Assembly: GCA_016935815.1 (NCBI GenBank)
Contig: JAFGQH010000079.1
Coordinates: 2,328 to 66,327 of the forward strand
DNA length: 64,000 nucleotides
Source of the DNA: Bacilli bacterium
GTDB lineage: Bacteria; Bacillota_I; Bacilli_A; Izemoplasmatales; Hujiaoplasmataceae
Reading direction: 5' to 3'
The position numbers and the translations under genes were made by a program. The notes under the pieces are model-generated. The model was not told the DNA's origin. It ran no database searches and saw only the letters and a list, made by a program, of their open reading frames with translations. This document shows positions 63,295-64,000 of the stretch, piece after piece. The first letter of the stretch is position 1, and each line of letters begins with the position of its first letter.

Positions 63295-64000
63295 ATGAAA
63301 AAACTATATATATTCCTGATGTTATTGATTGCGACGGGATTGCTTGCAGGATGCACCGGTTTGTTTGAAACTACCGAAGCTACCACGATGACTTTTCTAA
63401 CGAGTAGAAGTTCCTCTACTACGACTAGCAATACCATTAATAAGGATTTGATCTTGTCCGATATCTACGAACATCTGTATGAGGATTTGTACGATGACGT
63501 CAAACAAGAAGTAATCGATAGTATCTCCGAAGAGCGCTTTGATGAGATTTACGCTCAAATTTTGGCTGAAATCGTATCAAAGATCGATTCTGGTGATATA
63601 ACGGTTTCTTCAGAAACGATTGTTGACATGATTCATGCCGTGGAAGCGAATGCCGCAAAATCAGTTATTGGAGTTAGCAATCTAAATGAAAACGGTGTAA
63701 TTACAGCTGTGGGTTCTGGAGTGATTTACAAGCATGTTGGGAATACGTATTATGTCGTAACGAATAATCACGTTGTTGAAGATGGAACCTCTTATCAAAT
63801 CCGTTTTGAAGACGGATCTACGATTGGGGCTGTGTTAAGAGGCGTGGATTCTTTGGTTGATTTAGCTGTCCTCTATTTCATATCCGATGATGAGTATCAA
63901 GTATCTGATTTTGCAGATTCTGATCTTGTTGAAAAAGGTGACATTGTCTTAGCGGTAGGAAATCCAAAGGGTTATGATTTCTACAATTCCATGACAATGG
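63295..64000 (+). CDS. HtrA/trypsin-like serine protease lipoprotein, 3'-truncated by the window edge (absent from ORF track)
   Basis: Own translation: MKKLYIFLMLLIATGLLAGC lipobox, Thr/Ser tract, GSGVIY, VVTNNHVV (His), DLAVL (Asp), GDIVLAVGNPKG. Confidence 0.88.
   Translation, partial: MKKLYIFLMLLIATGLLAGCTGLFETTEATTMTFLTSRSSSTTTSNTINKDLILSDIYEHLYEDLYDDVKQEVIDSISEERFDEIYAQILAEIVSKIDSGDITVSSETIVDMIHAVEANAAKSVIGVSNLNENGVITAVGSGVIYKHVGNTYYVVTNNHVVEDGTSYQIRFEDGSTIGAVLRGVDSLVDLAVLYFISDDEYQVSDFADSDLVEKGDIVLAVGNPKGYDFYNSMTM

Noticed and set aside
1-64000. Genetic code 4 (TGA = Trp), CRISPR arrays, tRNA/rRNA, transposases, prophage
   Set aside because: Conserved genes end at TGA at their expected lengths and are uninterrupted under code 11. 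Intergenic gaps are all under about 300 nt and explained; no repeat-spacer arrays or mobile-element genes were seen.

Overview
AT-rich (roughly 38% GC by eye), gene-dense bacterial chromosomal window using genetic code 11 (TGA = stop). The housekeeping genes are Bacillota-type (polC, dnaB/dnaI, ccpA-like regulator, three T-box leaders, L19 leader). There are lipoproteins with Ser/Thr-rich stalks, and prpC/prkC are missing from the rlmN-rsgA locus. This fits a wall-less Acholeplasmatales/Izemoplasmatales-like organism, but the taxonomy is inference. Left 12 kb: one minus-strand catabolic operon, arcB-arcC-fhs-ord-ortA-ortB-oraS-oraE-oraF-orr (citrulline/ornithine fermentation, B12- and PLP-dependent), with a cre-like site upstream. 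12-21 kb: accessory genes, including OsmC, a stalked endonuclease-I lipoprotein, an antiporter, a GPH sugar permease, a DUF134-NifX pair with a palindromic operator, a membrane-anchored EEP enzyme, an esterase, and a PII-like gene followed by an internally deleted antiporter. 21-64 kb: mostly core genes (rimM-trmD-rplS, ccpA-tyrS, panT-coaX-polA, a mutM-coaE fusion, dnaB-dnaI-thrS, rqcH, gmk-rpoZ, polC, pheST, rlmN, pfkA, rbr, rsgA-rpe-thiN, partial htrA). I saw no tRNA/rRNA, CRISPR array, prophage or IS element. The most notable items are the fhs-containing ornithine super-operon with SD-hairpin-AUG junctions, the in-frame MutM-CoaE fusion, the DUF134 operator, the N-terminally extended RpoZ and the deleted antiporter. 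None is proven novel without database searches.
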